The notes under the pieces are model-generated. The model made no database searches. It was not told where the DNA came from and worked only from the letters and a program-made list of their open reading frames with translations. A DNA stretch of 64,000 nt from Takakia lepidozioides (Eukaryota > Plantae > Bryophyta), in the NCBI GenBank assembly GCA_030704615.1, contig CM060733.1, positions 69,068,001 to 69,132,000 of the forward strand, read 5' to 3'. This document shows positions 10,668-22,128 of this stretch, piece by piece; the first letter of the stretch is position 1, and each line of letters opens with the position of its first letter. The translations under genes and the position numbers were made by a program.

Positions 10668-13600
10668 GACTTTGTCCATCCCTTCCCGGTCCTTTCTCTT
10701 GGCACCCCATCCGAAAACAACCCAAGTACAACAGGCGGGAGCCGTGGGCGAGACGCCGCCCCCACGGTACCGGACGATGATGACGATGACAGTGACAGTG
10801 ACAACAACAATGAGCATGGAATTAACCAGGAGGATGTGCAAGCCATGGAGGATCTCTTAATGCATCATGTGGGCGCTGATGCATCCCATGAAGAGGGAAT
10901 CCGGCCAATCGATGATCCTAAAATGACCCCCTCAAATGACATAGAGAGGGAGACGAGAACTCCATTGTACGAAGGGGCGAAAGTGAGTCGACTTTCAACA
11001 ATCTTACTTTTGCTCAATCTTCAAATTCAATTTGGCATAAGTAATGTTGGGATGTCTGCCATAATGCGAACTATTGCAGACTATATCCTTGCTCCACACT
11101 TGAAACCCAAGATGCCACGGTCGCGGAAAGAGGCGCGCGAAGTCTTGGATTCTGTGGGGATGGGCTATAAGATTTTTCATGCATGTCCATGTGATAAAAC
11201 CCTATACTACGGAGATGATTCGCATCTCACCAAGTGCCTAAAGTGCAAGAAAGACCAATATCGGGATGATATCCAAGGGAAAAAAGTACCACGCAAGGTC
11301 CCCCTTGCATGGAGATTACTTTCTTTAATCTTATCAATGTATGTAAAGTGTATTCCACAAAGTTTAGGGTTTAGAGAGTAGTACTCATGCAAGATCTGAT
11401 TGTGGTTTTGGAAGGAGTGAGTGAGGAGTGGAAGGAGCGACATTCGGTTTTGACCATTCACACCCAAATGAGGGAGAGGCTGCATAAAGGGAAAGGCTTA
11501 AGGGTGTTGTATTATGTGTGCTAATGGGATGATTACATGTGGGGGGCGTGGGGTATTCCATCCTAGAAAATGTATTACTTTCCGATCATCTCGCGATTGA
11601 GGGCACGGTATCGAAGCCCCGAATTGGCCAGACTCATGAGATGGCATGCCTCGCATCGGAGCCCCCCGGGAAAGGTGTGCGGGCCACAAGATTCACAAGC
11701 ATGGAGGCATATTGAAGAGATGTGGCCTTTTCTCTTGGAGGACCCATGACATGTCCACCTTGGCTTCTCCTCAGATGGGGTCAACCCATTATCTGTCCAG
11801 TCATGTAGTCATTCCACTTGGCCGGTGACCATTGTGAATTACAACATCCCTCCGTATCCTTCAATTAAAAAAGGCCATATCATGTTGGCTGCCATTGTGT
11901 CAGGTGAGTGTACTCATTTCATGTTTATTATTGCCTTAGACTTTACATCAAACTTCTGATCTCTGACGCAATTCGGATGCAAGATTGATGAGTGACATAA
12001 TCATGGAGTAAGACGTGTAATTCATTTTGTAGTATAATTTGCATATTGGTGGAGCATTGAAACAATGATATGAATGTCTCATAGGGAAAAAACAACTGGC
12101 AAACATGGACACGTACTTGCGACCTCTTGTTGATGAACTTAAGGAGCTATGGAGGGGGGTCCCGACATTGGATGCTTCACTTGACCCTATGGCTGGACAA
12201 TCTTTTCAGATGAGAGGCATCTTGTTTTGGACAATGCATGATTATCCAGGTATATTATGTTTCCCATGAACAACCCGCGTACATTCACTTGTTAATGCCG
12301 GATAATATCGATGAGGATTGGGATTGATTGAAGTAGCGGCGACAATCTTGTGCACCGTAGTGGGGTAGATGGCATTATGGGCCATGCACATGACAACTTT
12401 TTGTTTTTGCTAATGTGGCGGGATGTGTAGTACAGGACTAACTGTTTGCTTGGGGCTAAGCACCAAAGGGTACCATGCATGCTTGCATTATGGCGATGAT
12501 CTTGATGCACATAGCTCCCGCCATCTTCACAAGATGGTGTATCCCAACTACCGCAAATTTCTTCCTATGAGCCATCGATGGAGAAGAAGAGAGAAACACT
12601 TGTTTGATGGCAAAAAGGACGTACGTCCCCCCTATGATACTGTCCGGGCAGTTTTGGGAGGACCGATGGAAGGAGGCCCATGCGGGCACGGACGGTGAAG
12701 TGGACGTGCCCGGCATGAAACGACTTTCAATCTTCTACGAGTTGTCATATTGGGCGGTACATATTCCACAAAAACACCGTCAATATCCCTATACATTCAT
12801 GTGATATTGCACATTTGGTATGCGTTGCATTGTCACTTTCACGTAAAAATATTTGTGTAAGTCTTTGTGGGTGGGGATATATGTAGGACCTGATTCGCCA
12901 TCTTCTAGATCCCATGCATATTGAGAAGAATGTATGCTCGTCCCTTTTTCGGGTTCTTCATGGCACACCGGCAAAGAAGAGAGTGGCTGCTAAAGGAGAT
13001 TCTCTCGGTGTAAAAGACTTTATGAAAATGGCTGTTATTGGTAGGTTGATAAAGTACATAAATTTAGTTTAATGAGTAAAAATATTAAAAAACTCTCACA
13101 GTAGAGTGTTAGAAAGGAGCTTGAGGAGCAGGGTCGCATGCGCCATCTATGGGCCGAACAAAATGGTGTGGACCCAAACGGTGTTGTACGGTGGAAGTAT
13201 AGGCGCGTACCTTGGCAATGGACAAAGGAGGAATACAAGAAAGTGATAACCACCATAAGTGTTGTCCGAACACCAACTGGTTATGGGTCATCCCTCCGTA
13301 CGAAGTTCAGCGAAGAAGACGGGGTCCATGGTTTGAAGTCTCACAATCTATTGCAAGACATCTTGCCCATTGCAGTACGTGGGATATTGACCGAGGTTTG
13401 TGAGACAATCTATAGATTGGGAGACTTGTTCCGGTGGATTTACTCCAAAGAGTTGGAAGAAGCAGATTTTCCACGCATGAAGAAGGAGGCGACAGAGGTA
13501 ATTAATGTGTATGTTGGAGATGCACCTTCCTCCCTCCTTCTTTGACATCCAAGTGCACTTGGTAGTGTACTTAGTGGAAGAGGCTTCGATTGCTGGCCCC

Positions 13601-14929
13601 GTTCATTCTCGATGGATGTACTTCCTTGAGCGTTATATGAAGACTTTGAAAGGATTTGTAAGACAAATGGCGCACCCGGAGGGTAGCATGGCGGAGGGGT
13701 ATACGTTGCAAGAAGCTATGTTCTATTGCACGGAGTACATGGCAAGGGTGGATGAGGAAGCCCCTCAGATGTGGAAGGAAGAGGAGGATGCACGAACCAA
13801 TGACATCGTTTTGCCCAAAAATTCGAAGAGTGTAAAATTGCCGACCTTGGTGATTGAGCAAGCGCATGACTTCATACTGAAGAACACCCCATCCATACAT
13901 GAGTGGGAGGCAAGATACAATAATCTTGTTCAGCAACAAGAGGAGGAGACGCTTGCATGGAGGCGGAACCATCCAAGGCCAGTTACTAGACGCCCACGAC
14001 GAGGAGCGGGCCGCCGGAATGTTCCTTCACAAAATTTCCCCATGGAATTGCAGCCTCTAAGTTCATTCCAATAGCGGCTTTGGACTTCAGTTTATGACAC
14101 CGTTGCTCAAGGAGAGGTGGTTTCAGATTTGGTGCAAGACATTGCAAAGGGTCCCTCTCAATTCGCGACCTCATACACGGCGGTTTGGGTTCACGGTCGT
14201 CATTTCTGCATTCGTGCTCTTGACATGAAGCGCAAAACAACCTTTGATTCTGGCTTGTGTGCCACATATTGGCAAGACTCCGTGTGGGGCAAGGGAGATA
14301 CACGACCTGCTATGAGCAAATTTGAGTACATTGGAGAGCTTGAGAGCATACTCCAACTTCAGTATATAAGGTACCGGTCTCTTCTCTTCAAGGGAAGGTG
14401 GTTCCAGCCACAACTTGTGGGGCCCTCCGCAGCACTAGTGCAAGATGATTGTGGTTTCATGCGCGTCAATGCAGATAGGCTCAACCCTACTCATCGTCCC
14501 TCCGATGAGCCTTTTTCACGGCCTTCAGACATGGAGCAAGTTTTCTTCTCCCATGACAAAACAAGAGGGGGGAATTGGAAGGTGGATGTGCATGCTCAGC
14601 CAAGAGGAAGACGTATCTATCATGGTCTCAGATCTCCATGGGGTGAGGCAATTGCGGTGGACGGAGAGACTGGTCATAATGATGCTGATGATGGAGATTG
14701 GGTAGAGGGGGTAGAAGAGGATGATGACGCCCCGGACAATGCAGAAGCTCTAGAAGATATGGATGTTCGAGAAGGACACGAAGACACGGCCATTGACAAC
14801 GAGGTAGAGGATGGTTCAGAGGTGCCTTTTGAGGGCCGGGCCATTTATGACGATGACTCCGATGACCAAGAAGACTTGCAGCTTGATGAGGATGAAGAAG
14901 CTCCGGATGATGATGTTCAAGTTGATTAG
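10668..14929 (+). pseudogene. CACTA TnpD-like transposase (Transposase_21, DUF4218, DUF4216), multi-exon, with stops and frameshifts
   Basis: PLYEG and HACPCDKTLY; SDGVNP..STWPV..YNIPP; YLRPLVDELKELW..HDYPG; PPSFFDIQVHL..GPVHSRWMYFLERYMKTLK..PEGSMAEGY; DEPFSRPSDMEQVFF. In-frame TGA near 11747. Confidence 0.92.
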
Positions 14930-15167
14930 ACACAAAATCAAAGCTACATAACAATTCTCACACCGAACTGGACCCATCCCTTCGATTGATTGTACATGTA
15001 CATGCATGTTGTGTTTTATTTCTATGATTATATGGCTGTGGTTGCTAGTCTTTCAAAAAAGAAGGCAGAGGTAATGAATATGTTGGAGCAACACATACAG
15101 ATATGGTATCAAGAGAATTATCAAAATGAATGTCACAATCTACAAGAAGGTCCACAACAACAAGCTA

Positions 15168-15862
15168 AACCATAAAGAAAAACAAACACCCTACCCCAGT
15201 ACCATATGAAAAAAAAAAAAAAACTAAGAACCCCCAAAGGCCCTAAATCTAAACCTAGAAAGCCCTGCCGTCGCTGCCTGCGACCCCCACGCGTCGCCAC
15301 CTGCGACGCGTTTTTTAGGATTTATGAGGCCGGGGGTCGCAAACAGCGACGGCCAACTGTCGCCAACTGCGACTTGTTTTTTGAATGGATTTATGAGGCC
15401 TGGGGTCGCAAACGGCGACGGCCAGCCGTCGCACACTGTAACATGTTTTTTTTGTTTTGCAAGAATAGGGCAGCGGGCAGATTGTGACACCCGGCCGTCG
15501 CAGGGGCCTTTTGCCCTTCATGCCACCTTGCGATGGCCTGGCGTCGCAAGAAAGGGCTGTGATGAAAGAAAGGGCAAAAAATGGTTTTTTTTTTCGGCGT
15601 GCGACGACCGGCCGTCGCCAGAAAGGGCTGCCTTCTGCCCTTTGCTGGGGGGCGATGCTTGGGCGTCGCACGGAAGGGCTGCCTTTTGCCCTTTATCCGC
15701 CCGTGCGACGACCAGGCATCGCCGCCTGGCCCCAGCGCCAGGTGGCGACCTGCGGGGTTTGGCTGCGACGGCCCGGCGTCGCATACACGCTCCGTGGGGT
15801 TGGCGCCGCGCAGGGCGTGGGGGCGCGGCTGGCGTCGCAATCCCCCCCCATTTGCTGTAATG
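15168..15862. repeat. CACTA right subterminal repeat region and TIR
   Basis: Dense GCGACG/CGTCGC motifs with GCCTTTTGCCCTT spacers, ending in TGTAATG. Confidence 0.85.
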
Positions 15863-17365
15863 ACCTCGATTGTGGTGGACCAATCTTGCACCACTAGAGC
15901 TGCTCAAGAGAGCATACGATTCCATTCAACGACCACCCAATCTCACGGTTGAGGGCATTTTGGACCAATGGAGACAACTGCAAAGGGTGCGACATGATGA
16001 CTGTCCACCTCTGGCAGTGGTCAATTGAGTGGGGCAGCCATGTACAGCCTTGCCTACACTCATGAGCTTTCCCTCGTCTTATGCTTTTTGAAACAATGGT
16101 CCTGGGTTGATTTGGGACAGTGTGCTACAGCAATTGGTGGAGCCCAATGCGGATGAGCGAGAACGAGCAATGGGGTTTGCCACCCGTGGGCACTATGGCT
16201 GTGCCATCTCTGTCAGAGGCATTACGCCGACAGGTGTTGGGTCAAGCAATGGATCTAAATTGCTTGACATGGGTCATTGGCTTGTGCATGGCTGAGCAAC
16301 GGAGATTGCAAGTAGTGGTGGCTACTTCGGCACTCCCATTGGATAGTGCATCCTCCCTGCCAACCGGGGATGGTTGAGGCAGTGAGTGGGGGTGAGCACA
16401 GGATCGTGGGTTGCAAACACCCATGACAAATGTGGGATGAGATACGCAAAGAAAGAGTCATTGGATCTTTCAAGCACCAGTATCAGGAGTGGGGAGAGCC
16501 ATATACTGAGGATCAGTTGGAGGCCAAGGTGACCAAGGTTTTTGAAGAGGTTGAGGATGTTTCTTGCGCGGAGGATGTTCTCAAGGTGGCTATTGCAAGT
16601 AGAGGCTACACCACAGTCAGAGTGGGCGGACAAGGCCTAAGAGGTTGCTATCTAGCAACCAAAAGATCCGTCTCCTACCTAGTGTACCCAAGGTTGCAGT
16701 CACTGAGGACAATTGGGAGTTCCAGATGTTGGACCTACAGTCACCGGAGCAGAGAGACGGAGGATCTAGCGATTTCTAAGGGCTTATAGGAATTGCGTTG
16801 CCTTCGGTTTGAAGGAAGGAGTTTGAAGGGCCAGGAGATTCGTATTGATTTGACAAGTGACACGCCAATTTTTCGAAGGCCCTACAGGTATAGTGACATG
16901 GAGAGGTCTTTAATCCAGTCACGGACTATGGAGTTGTTCGAAGCTGGATTGGTGGAGTTGTCAAGCAGGGAGTATGCCTCGGCAACGGTGATGCCAGCTA
17001 AGAAAGATATCTATGGCAATTGGAAAGAAAGAAGGATGTGTGGGGACTATCGTCCTGTGAACTGTCAGACGAGTCCAATAGATATGTCATGGCAACTCTA
17101 GAGGAGATCTTTGATGCCATTGGGCATACAAAGGTGTTTAGTACATTGGACATGCAATCCGGTTACCACTAGTTGCGAATCAAAGAGGCTGACAAGCAAA
17201 AGACGACATTATGGGGGATTGACCAGCATGGGAAGGATTGTCTGTACCAATGGCGGTTCTTACCATTTGGGTTGAAGAATGTCCCGGCAGAGTTTCAGAG
17301 GGTTATGGATAGGATTCTCGCGGGGCTAGACTTCGTCCGGTGCTACATTGATGACATCATCGTCT
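15863..17365 (+). mobile_element. Ty3/gypsy fragment (RT region), degenerate
   Basis: PIFRRPYRYS..YASATVMPAKKD..RRMCGDYRPVN (16793-17101) and LPFGLKNVPAEFQRVMD..CYIDDI (17173-17365). Confidence 0.85.
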
Positions 17366-18250
17366 TATATTTTCTTTGCCGTCAGGTCCGAACTGAAGTA
17401 TCCACCTGCAATTCATTCGTGTAGTTCTTGCATTACTGTTTTGGCTTGGTCTTTGTTTACACATCTTCTCATTATGGAGTCAATTCCTCTTTTGTACATA
17501 ATCCCTTTGATTAATGTGTATGGCTTGCTTTTCATTGGAAAGTTTCTTCTTGTCATCTTTGGTGTAATCTTCAGGAAATTTCCCTGTGTTCAGATAGTAT
17601 TTGATTGGCCATTGCCAATCATCTTGATCTTGATCCTGAATATCTTCTGATTCTTCTTTGGTGACTGTATAAGCTCCAATACTGATATTGGCCAATTCTT
17701 GATTGTTTGTTTCTTCGTTTTCCTTGTCATCTTCTTCTTTTGGATCTGGCTCTTCTTCAATAATAAGTCCTTCATCAAGAGGTTCATCTTCATCGGATGA
17801 ATCTTCTTCTTCATCCGTGTCGTCCATGAGTTTGAGAGCATCTGGAAGGTCATAGTCTCCTTGAAACATTCCCAGAGCATTTATAGGATCTGTCTCTTCA
17901 TCTGGTGCTTCTGGGTGAACAACAAACAAAAAATGCATCGGGAAGTTGATCCTCTACCCCCGTGGCTGGTTCTCCTGTAGTAATCATTGACAGATGATCT
18001 GCTGTAACATGTAATCTCCCTGATTTATGAACAACTTCAAAGTCATACTCATGAAGAAGTAATAACCATCGAGCAACCCTGCCACTAGCTAGTGGTCGAT
18101 TTGCTAAATGAACAAGAGCCTGATGATCAACAATAAACTTAAAAGCAATTGCCAAGTAAATAATGCCAAAACTTTTGAACAGCATAAATCATTGCCAATG
18201 CTTCCCTTTCTGTGGTGCTATAGTTCTTCTCGGCTACTGTCAACAATCTG
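17366..18250 (-). mobile_element. Ty3/gypsy fragment (RNase H and linker), cut by element A at ~18250
   Basis: SRLLTVAEKNYSTTEREALAMIYAV.. and DHQAL..GRVARWLLLLHEYDFEVVHKSGRLHVTADHLS. Confidence 0.85.
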
Positions 18251-19725
18251 CTGGGCTGCTATTTCATGAGCGGCATGAGCATGAGCGGGAAAAAAAAAAC
18301 CATGAGCGGGCCATTGTGTGTCCACGGAAATAGGGTTAGGAGGCACGGAAATAGGGTCATGTGGACTCGTCATAGCAATGAAATGCAACATTTTATTGCA
18401 AATTTTGTGGCAAGCCACGTCTATACAAGTGTGTCCTAACTGACATAGCAGGAATGGGAACTACTCTCCTACACCTTCCGAGGAACTTGGCCCTCCTTCT
18501 TCCTCATCCCCCTCATCCCCCCCATCCTCCGAGCTCTGTGATGCATCGGTTGCACTATGCCTCTCAAAAATTCCGTCCTCTCCTTGGGGGACTGTCCACC
18601 TCACCTCCTGGGAATCTTCTGCCTCTTCTCCCCCACTTTCCTCAGCAGAATCCAAGACAAATCTACGAGCCCGACGGGCTCTAATATCTGCTGCCTCCTC
18701 CCTCATCTTCATTTTCTTGAGGCTTGCCTCGTCTAAAATCTGTTGTACACGACTAGGTTCGGAAGACCTCCTCATGGACACCGAAGCAAGCCGGGCAGCA
18801 TAAGTAGGAAGGATGTAGTCCCTTTCTGGACTAGGCATGAAATCCCCCCTGGCAAAAAAAGGCACGTTCCTCCTGCCATGAACTCCGGTGTAGACGTCCC
18901 TCCTGCAGTACTTGGCATCCTACAGTAAGAACAAATCCACTTCAAGAATGTCAATACCAGCAGAAGCAGAAAGGGTTTTCAATGAAATAAGAGAGCGAAG
19001 GGAGGTGCCTCACGAAATCTGGAGGCAACTTACAATGCGACCACTCACTCGTAAACCGGGGGCTCCTCGGCCTCGATCCCAACATGTTCCTCCCCCTGCT
19101 TCTTCTCGGATTTTTCCTCATCCTCCAAGGTGCATCTTCCTCTTTGGGCAGACGTTCAGCCGCTGCAAGTTCCGAACTGACTTGGGAACCCGGACGACCG
19201 GTGACTTGGTAGCAGCAGCAGCAGCAGTCGCAGGACCTTGAACAAAGTCGTCGTCCGAGTCACTCCCTTGGGTCCCCTCCTGCGCCTCCTCCGGTGCCCC
19301 AATGGTTTTCTGTTTTTTGGGTGTTACTGTACTCACATGTTTCCTTGTCCTTTTCCTTTGGCTTTATTCTTCTCATTCAATTTCTCCTGAATTCCTGCCT
19401 GAGCAAGCTCTGCCACTTTCCTGGAGTTCGCAAGCGCTTTTGCCTCTTTTGGACCCAGCGGAGGCAGCGGAGCCCGGTTTCATCGGGCCTCAGCATCCAG
19501 CTTCAATTGAAACTCGGATGGGTCGAGCGAGCCGGGCGGAAGGTCCACATACCAAGGGTAATCACGCAAATGTTCCAGATGCCACTCCTTCACAATAACG
19601 TCAGTGTACATGGAGTCAGCCCCAGGGTTCCTCCATGCCAGGAAAAATGGTGGCTCGAAAGACAGATGACCTTTCTCCAAAAGGGAGAACTTGCAGTACC
19701 TGCATTCATGAAAAACACAGAATGA

Positions 19726-20492
19726 GGTCCCTGAACTGGAAATTCGGCACCATTTTCCCAGGTTGGGGCGGAACTGACTGGGCCTAGAACTGGAAAAATG
19801 GCGCCGAATTTTGGTTCTCGGTGCTAGCCACGCTAGGGACAGCCATTTTGGGAGCCCTGAACTGGAAATTCGGCACCATTTTCCCAGGTCCGGGCCGAAA
19901 ATGGCTAAGTCCCTGAACTGACTGGCCCTGGAATTGGCAAAATGGCGCCGAATTTCGGTTTTCGGTGCCAGCCACCCTAGGGACTTAGCCATTTTGGGAG
20001 CCCTGAACTGGAAATTCGGCGCCATTTTCCCAGGTCCAGGCCGAAAATGCCTAAGTCCCTGAACTGACTGGCCCTGGAATTGGAAAAATGGCGCCGAATT
20101 TCGGTTTTTGGTGCCAGCCACCCTAGGGACTTAGCCATTTTGGGAGCCCTGAACTGGAAATTCAGCGCCATTTTCCCAGGTCCGGGCCGAAAATGCCTAA
20201 GTCCCTGAACTGACTGGCCCTGGAATTGGAAAAATGGCACCGAATTTCGGTTTTCGGTGCCAGCCACCCTAGGGACTTAGCCATTTTGGGAACCCTGAAC
20301 TGGAAATTCGGCGCCATTTTCCCAAGTCCAGCCCAAAAATGGCTAAGTCCCAAAACTGACTGGGCCTTGAACTGGAAAAATGGCACCGAATTTCGGTTTT
20401 CGGTGCCAGCCACTCTAGGGACTTAGCCATTTTGGGTGCCCTGGACTGGAATTCGGCGCCATTTTTCCAAGGACCAATTTTTATGCGCCACA
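19726..20492. repeat. ~5 tandem copies of a 146-bp unit with internal inverted motifs (AAATTCGGCGCCATTTT / AAAATGGCGCCGAATTT)
   Basis: CCCTAGGGAC recurs at 19975, 20121 and 20267, with a variant at 20413 (period 146). Lies in an intron of gene A. Confidence 0.95.
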
Positions 20493-20497
20493 TGAGG

Positions 20498-21223
20498 TGT
20501 CGCGCACCTCACTTCGGTAAGCTCCCCTTCAAGTCATAGTTACTCGCTTTGATGCGCGCGCCTGACTCCCAACCTGGCCGCCCGGGCCAACTTGGAGCTT
20601 CGGCTGCTCACCGGGACATAACGGTCCCCCTTCGCTTCCCTCTAAACCCTCCACCTATTTGGGACTAGGAGAATTCCCTTTGGTAGATGGCAGTCCGGAA
20701 CAGCTCCCCACTCTTTGGTCGCTTTCCGGCTCGTTCGCTTACTCACTAGTTTTTGGTCACCAACGGGCTTGCACCGTTCTCGGGGTTACTACTCCCTATA
20801 TATACTTCTGTAGCTGTCCGCGGGGGTTTCATAACCAGCCATGCCATTTTATGGCGAACCACCACGAAAACCCTCGACTCCCGGTGATGAGTCGCGGTGA
20901 GTCTTGGCCCACTCATCACGGCCCCTATGGACCGTGATGAGTCCCAAGGCTCCCCACGACTCCCACCACGAGGTCTCCGCCCCCATGGTGAGTCCTATGC
21001 CACCCCCACTAAGTCCCGCTAAGCTACCACCACCCCTTGTGGAGCCACCCCCACCGCAACCCGGTGTGCGGGGCTCCACCTAGTGAGCGCCTCCGCCTCC
21101 TTGAGTGCCTTGGGCACTCAAGGGTGCTTCAGCCCCCCATACCTATCGCTGCCGATGCCCCCACTACAGGGGCAACCCCTCATGTGTCCCGACCCCCTAC
21201 CCTCAAGGCAAAGGGCCGCGACA
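20498..21223 (-). repeat. 3' LTR
   Basis: TGTCGCG...CGCGACA; near-identical to 26752-27477. Confidence 0.97.
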
Positions 21224-22128
21224 CACACCCCTACCAACAGGGAGTCGATGTCCTCATCGACTTGTCCATTTTGTAGAAACGAACATCCAAGTTGTGGCGT
21301 CCCACATCAAGGAGTTTGTTTCCGCACCATGGCGTCCCATGGCAAAGAACCAAACCCCACACTTGACTCTACTCTCCACTAGCTAGTTCGGCCGACTTCC
21401 TCCAAGTCCCGGCCAAGGGTGGAGCCTCTCCAGCTCCTCCCAGTGCACTCTTCTTGGCCTACTTCAAGGCCAAGGAACGATCCTCCCCGAGGATCGAATC
21501 GCCTTACTGCAACAACATTGCTTGCGATCGCTCATGATGCCGCTTTTGGCATCACCTTGAGCAAGGGTTCCCTAAAACCCTCTTTGACTAGGCAGATAAC
21601 CTTGAACCAACCGTGCGCCCCAATCACTACAATTGGGTCCGCCTTGGAATGCTGGCCTGAGGTACGGGAACACGCCGAAGCCGCACTACGACTTCGTCCC
21701 GAGGCTACACGATTATAGTACGTGAACGGAAGCACGTAGCTTCCGCGTTAGCCCGCACTACAAGGCAACCCCCTCGGTAGCGCAGTTATAGTACGCGCAC
21801 GCGCCAGGTGCGCACTAGCACGTGAACTCCCAAAGAAGTCGCAAGTTTCCTTGCCCCTTGGATGGGGGTCACCCGATTTCGGCACTACGCAAACACACAA
21901 TTAACCCAATTTACCTCTCCCACTTTTATAAGCTAGCATGCATTCTACACACTAGCCAACCATACCATGCATCACCATTCCAAACAAAATAGGACGCACA
22001 ACATTTGGAACCCATTTCCTTTATAACAAATTTTTGTACAATACAAGTTTTTGTAATCGGATTCCTAAGCTAGCTAAGCCGGGCTAAGCATGCATTTCCT
22101 CCCCCACGCTCCAAGGTTGATGTCCCCA

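Larger units (their letters stand above)
7321..15862 (+). mobile_element. CACTA/EnSpm DNA transposon; right end intact, left TIR not identified
   Basis: Contains TnpD domains and GCGAC/GTCGC subterminal repeats at 7340-7580 and 15260-15840. The right terminus ...CCCATTTGCTGTAATG (15862) is TAGTG with one G>A change. Confidence 0.85.

Noticed and set aside
15206-15952. Many overlapping Arg/Ala/Pro-rich ORFs
   Set aside because: Artefacts of GC-rich CACTA subterminal repeats.
19480-20493. Repetitive ORFs such as MAGTENRNSAPFFQF..
   Set aside because: These are translations of the 146-bp intronic array. Only the part below ~19700 (YCKFSLL..) is a real exon.
20659-21386. Duplicated genes (ORFs identical to those at 26913-27497)
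   Set aside because: They lie within the two LTRs and have no coding signature.
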